Shown here one piece after another: positions 60,984 to 64,000 of a DNA stretch of 64,000 bases. The stretch is from an uncultured delta proteobacterium (GTDB taxonomy: Bacteria > Myxococcota_A > Polyangia > Polyangiales > Polyangiaceae): assembly GCA_963841435.1 (NCBI GenBank), contig CAWJCS010000006.1:864001-928000 (forward strand). The letters run 5' to 3'. The notes below the pieces were generated by a model, which had not been told where the DNA came from, did no database searches, and saw only the letters and a list, made by a program, of their open reading frames with translations. How positions within the stretch are numbered: position 1 is the first letter of the stretch; the number at the start of each line of letters is the position of its first letter. The translations under genes were made by a program, and so were the position numbers.

Positions 60984-61808
60984 ATGGCCAACGCCAGTTC
61001 GTCGTCCTTTCCCGCAGGGGGTGGTCGCCACCAGCGACGGCTCAAAAACTACCTGCTCGATGCGCATTTCCAGCTGAAGTACTCGGCGTACTTGATGCTC
61101 CTCGCGGTCGTGCTGAGCGCGGGCCTCGGCATCATGCTCTGGCGGACGAGCAACGAGGTCATCGACCAGAGCCGACAGGCCGTGCACCAGGGGGAAGAGG
61201 TGGTCGCGCGCGGCAAGGAGGTCGTCGCCGAGAGCCAGAAGGTCAGCGCGGTCGTTCAGATGAACATCGTCAAGGACCCGGTGTACAGCGACAGCCCCGC
61301 ACTGCTCGAGGCGTTCAAGGCCGACGCCGCCAAGCAAGACGAACGCTTGAAGGAGCAGCAAGCGCAGCTCGTTTCGCAAGCTGAGTCGCTCAAGCACCAG
61401 GCGGCCGCGTTGGCCGGAAAGCAGCGCGTCATGCTGTTCACGCTGTGCGGCGCGCTCACGCTGCTCGTGTTGTTGATCGGCGTCGCCGGCATCATCGTGA
61501 CGCATCGGGTGGCAGGGCCCATCTTCAAGATGAAGTCGAACCTCAAGTCCGTGGCGCGTGGGCTGCTCAACGTCCCGACCCCGCTCCGCAAGGGGGACGA
61601 GCTCGTGGAGTTCTTCGAGGCCTACCGCTCGATGGTGATCGCGCTTCGGGCACGCCAGGAAGCCGAGATCGAGAAGCTCGACCAGGCGATCGCCACGCTG
61701 ACGCCCAAGGCAGAACCGGGGGAGCTCGAGGCGCTCCACGCGCTCCGGCGTGAGATGCAAGGTGCGCTCCAGGTTCCCGCCTCCTCGGGCGCCGCGCCGA
61801 AAGGCTAG
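60984..61808 (+). CDS. two-TM HAMP-domain protein
   Basis: 'YLLDAHFQLKY', 'THRVAGP', 'LRKGDEL'. Confidence 0.8.
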   Translation: MANASSSSFPAGGGRHQRRLKNYLLDAHFQLKYSAYLMLLAVVLSAGLGIMLWRTSNEVIDQSRQAVHQGEEVVARGKEVVAESQKVSAVVQMNIVKDPVYSDSPALLEAFKADAAKQDERLKEQQAQLVSQAESLKHQAAALAGKQRVMLFTLCGALTLLVLLIGVAGIIVTHRVAGPIFKMKSNLKSVARGLLNVPTPLRKGDELVEFFEAYRSMVIALRARQEAEIEKLDQAIATLTPKAEPGELEALHALRREMQGALQVPASSGAAPKG

Positions 61809-62203
61809 AAGGCCGCAATCACGTACTCGATGCTCGGCGGCTCCCGGTCGAGGCGGACGCCCGCCACGTCGAAGCGCAGCCGCTCCACGCTCGGGTCGTG
61901 GCGGTAGCGCCGTTGCCAGAGACGCTCGCCGGCACGCCGCAACCTGAGCCGCTTTCCGTGTCCGATGCTGCCGAGCGGTGACGTGCGCGCCGTCGGGCCC
62001 CGCGTGCGCACTTCCACGACGGCGACGACGGGTCCCTTGCGCGCGACGATGTCGATCTCGAGCTCGCCGACGCGCAAGTTGGTTGCGACGATGTCGTAGC
62101 CCTCCTCGGAGAGCCACTGCGCAACGAGCGCCTCGGCCCGAGCGCCTAGCTCACTGCGCGTAGCCCGGGTTCGCCCCGTCGGCTCCGCAGATCTCGGCGA
62201 CAT
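61805..62203 (-). CDS. YraN-family nuclease-like protein
   Basis: 'LGARAE', 'GELEIDIVA', 'VEVRTR', 'RFDV'. Confidence 0.88.
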   Translation of the reverse strand: MSPRSAEPTGRTRATRSELGARAEALVAQWLSEEGYDIVATNLRVGELEIDIVARKGPVVAVVEVRTRGPTARTSPLGSIGHGKRLRLRRAGERLWQRRYRHDPSVERLRFDVAGVRLDREPPSIEYVIAAF

Positions 62204-62855
62204 TGTACCCGTCGCGAGGGACGTGGCCCTTGGCGTCGGCCGCATCGCAGACGTTGGCCGAGTAGGTCTTCTTGGGATCGTAGGCCGTGCCCTGCTTGAT
62301 GCAGTACGAGCCGGCGAGCTGCGCGCGACCCGGCAGGCCGAGCTCCTTCACGAGCTCCGTGCATTCGTAGCCGCTCGGGCACTGGCAATAGTTGGCGTTC
62401 GCATCCGGGCCCTTGCAGCGGCAGGAGCAGTAGACGGTATCCTGGGCGTTGCGCGCGAGGAGCTGGGGCTGCACGGGAACCGTGATTTCGTCGATGTTCT
62501 GCTGGCCGGGCGCGCAAGCGACGGTGCTCACCCCGTTGAGGCAATGCTTGCCGTTCGTGCCGGGGACCCGGCAGCGGTCGGCTCCGGTGGGTGGCGACGA
62601 AGCGATCTGCGCCTCGGTTTGCCCGTACGGACAGGAGACGCGGCCCGCGAAGTGGTTCACGATGCAGACGCGCGTTTCACACTGGAACGACTTGCTCTCG
62701 ACGTTCACCTCGGTGTCGTCGAAGCCGTTGAACGTCTGTTGGTATTCGTCCTCGGGCGTGCAGGGATCGCCGACGCCGCCGCTGTTGCACCCGAAGGCAC
62801 CGAAGCCGAAGAGAGCGACGAACGGGAGAAGTTGCTGTCGGGAGAATCGCGTCAT
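62151..62855 (-). CDS. Cys-rich lipoprotein, CglC/GltK-like
   Basis: Lipobox AFGC, 'VGDPC', 'QCETRVC', 'YCSCRC'; divergent from the GltC-like gene. Confidence 0.6.
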   Translation of the reverse strand: MTRFSRQQLLPFVALFGFGAFGCNSGGVGDPCTPEDEYQQTFNGFDDTEVNVESKSFQCETRVCIVNHFAGRVSCPYGQTEAQIASSPPTGADRCRVPGTNGKHCLNGVSTVACAPGQQNIDEITVPVQPQLLARNAQDTVYCSCRCKGPDANANYCQCPSGYECTELVKELGLPGRAQLAGSYCIKQGTAYDPKKTYSANVCDAADAKGHVPRDGYNVAEICGADGANPGYAQ

Positions 62856-63153
62856 CGTGCTTCGGACCCTTGGGTGGGCGGGTGGCGTTCGGACGGCTCA
62901 GGCGGTCGCCCGGGCCCGCGGTACGCTAGTCGAGCGGACCAAAGCGCGTCAACGCGAAAGGGCCTGCCGTCTTGCGGTGTTGCGCTCGCCCGGCAAGCAC
63001 GACGCGCCACGTCATCGGTCGTTCGTTCCAAGGCACCGCCGGCGCGGGTGTCGGACCCCGGAGCACACGCCCCGCACTTCCCACCGTGCCCGTAATTTTT
63101 CAACCGCGTAACCAGAGCTCCGTCCCACCACGAGATCGCGATTACGACGACAC

Positions 63154-63183
63154 TTGACAACACTTCGAACCGGTATCTAACAT
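63154..63183 (+). promoter_or_regulatory. sigma70-type promoter
   Basis: TTGACA-18 nt-TAACAT upstream of ATG 63305. Confidence 0.6.
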
Positions 63184-63304
63184 CGCGTCGGTCGCGATAT
63201 CTATCTACCGGTAGTTATTGGGTTTTTCGACCTTTTGCCCTGCCTCGCCCCCGCCACCATTGCGGCGCCGCCTCGTTCGGCCCCGCCACGAGAAGAGAGG
63301 ATCC

Positions 63305-64000
63305 ATGTTCGGAAAGCGCCTGCTCGTTCTGTCAACGGTGATCACCACCGCGCTGTCCGGCGCGACTTTGACGCGCGTCGCGCGGGCGCAGGAAGTCATC
63401 GATCTAGACGACATGCCCGCCCCCAAGAAGGGTGGCGGTGCCGCGAAGGGCGGCGGCGCGAAGAAGGGCGGCGTCGATATCGATCTCGATGAAGGCGCTC
63501 CGGCCACGGGCGCGCCATCGGCGGTCACCGCGGGGCAGATGACCGAGCCGGCGGCGGCGGCGAAGCAGCTCTTCGACAAGGAGAAGTGGAGCGACGCGGC
63601 GCAGGCGCTCCATCGCGTGGTGTCGGGCGAAACGGGCGACGACGCAGGCAACAAGCAGCTGGCCGAGTACTACCTCGCGATCTGCCTTTATCGCTTGAAG
63701 TTCTACCAGGCAAGCTACGCGATCTTCAGCGTCGTCGCGGACAACCCGAACCATCTCAAGTTCAAGGAGACGTTGCTCTGGCTCGCCAAGCTCGCGCTCC
63801 AGCTTCCGGAGCCCGCCGACATCATCGAGCGCGTCGGCAAGTACACCGACGAGCAGGTGGCTCGCTTCGACAACGCGCAGCAGCGCGACCTCTACTGGCA
63901 GCTCAACTACATGCTGGGCCGGTACAAATATCGAAATCGCCAGTACGAGGAGGCGATCCGCCTGTTCGGGCTCGTCGATCGCAACAGCCCCCACTACGTC
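63305..64000 (+). CDS. exported TPR protein, GltC-like gliding protein (partial, runs off window)
   Basis: RBS GAGG; frame read manually as MFGKRLLVLS...AEYYLAICLYRLKFYQAS...ETLLWL...YMLGRYKY; absent from the ORF track because it has no stop in the window. Confidence 0.75.
   Translation, partial: MFGKRLLVLSTVITTALSGATLTRVARAQEVIDLDDMPAPKKGGGAAKGGGAKKGGVDIDLDEGAPATGAPSAVTAGQMTEPAAAAKQLFDKEKWSDAAQALHRVVSGETGDDAGNKQLAEYYLAICLYRLKFYQASYAIFSVVADNPNHLKFKETLLWLAKLALQLPEPADIIERVGKYTDEQVARFDNAQQRDLYWQLNYMLGRYKYRNRQYEEAIRLFGLVDRNSPHYV

Overview
High-GC (~70%) bacterial DNA, most consistent with a myxobacterium (Polyangiaceae/Sorangium-like). This is inferred from Gly/Ala-linker lipoproteins, Ser/Thr kinases, DUF1592/DUF1552 genes and gliding-motility-like genes. 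(1) 1-16.7 kb: a frameshifted FG-GAP repeat gene, a five-gene Liv-type ABC transporter, and a cluster of lipid-anchored hydrolases on Gly-rich stalks (four alpha/beta esterases and one GH30), plus an in-frame DUF1592-DUF1552 chimera. (2) 16.7-34.5 kb: accessory DNA. An IS remnant and toxin-antitoxin genes are followed by a ~15.3 kb island bounded by a 47-bp direct repeat of the tRNA-Gly(GCC) 3' half (19189-19235 / 34481-34527), with a tyrosine integrase next to the tRNA. The island carries a complete IS21, many gene fragments and one large intact two-gene unit: a TM0106-type nuclease/RNase H-like/SF1 helicase followed 5 nt later by a SIR2-like NADase. Divergently upstream lies a promoter-led, structured, partly duplicated ~200-nt element. 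This unit is the best candidate for an undescribed (probably anti-phage) system. (3) 34.6-64 kb: core-like genes (kinases, RND pump, two Hsp20, pgm, pgi, frr, PP2C phosphatase, tRNA-His, HDAC, ftsY, YraN, GltA/B/C- and CglC-like genes). All family calls come from motif recognition by eye; no database search was run.
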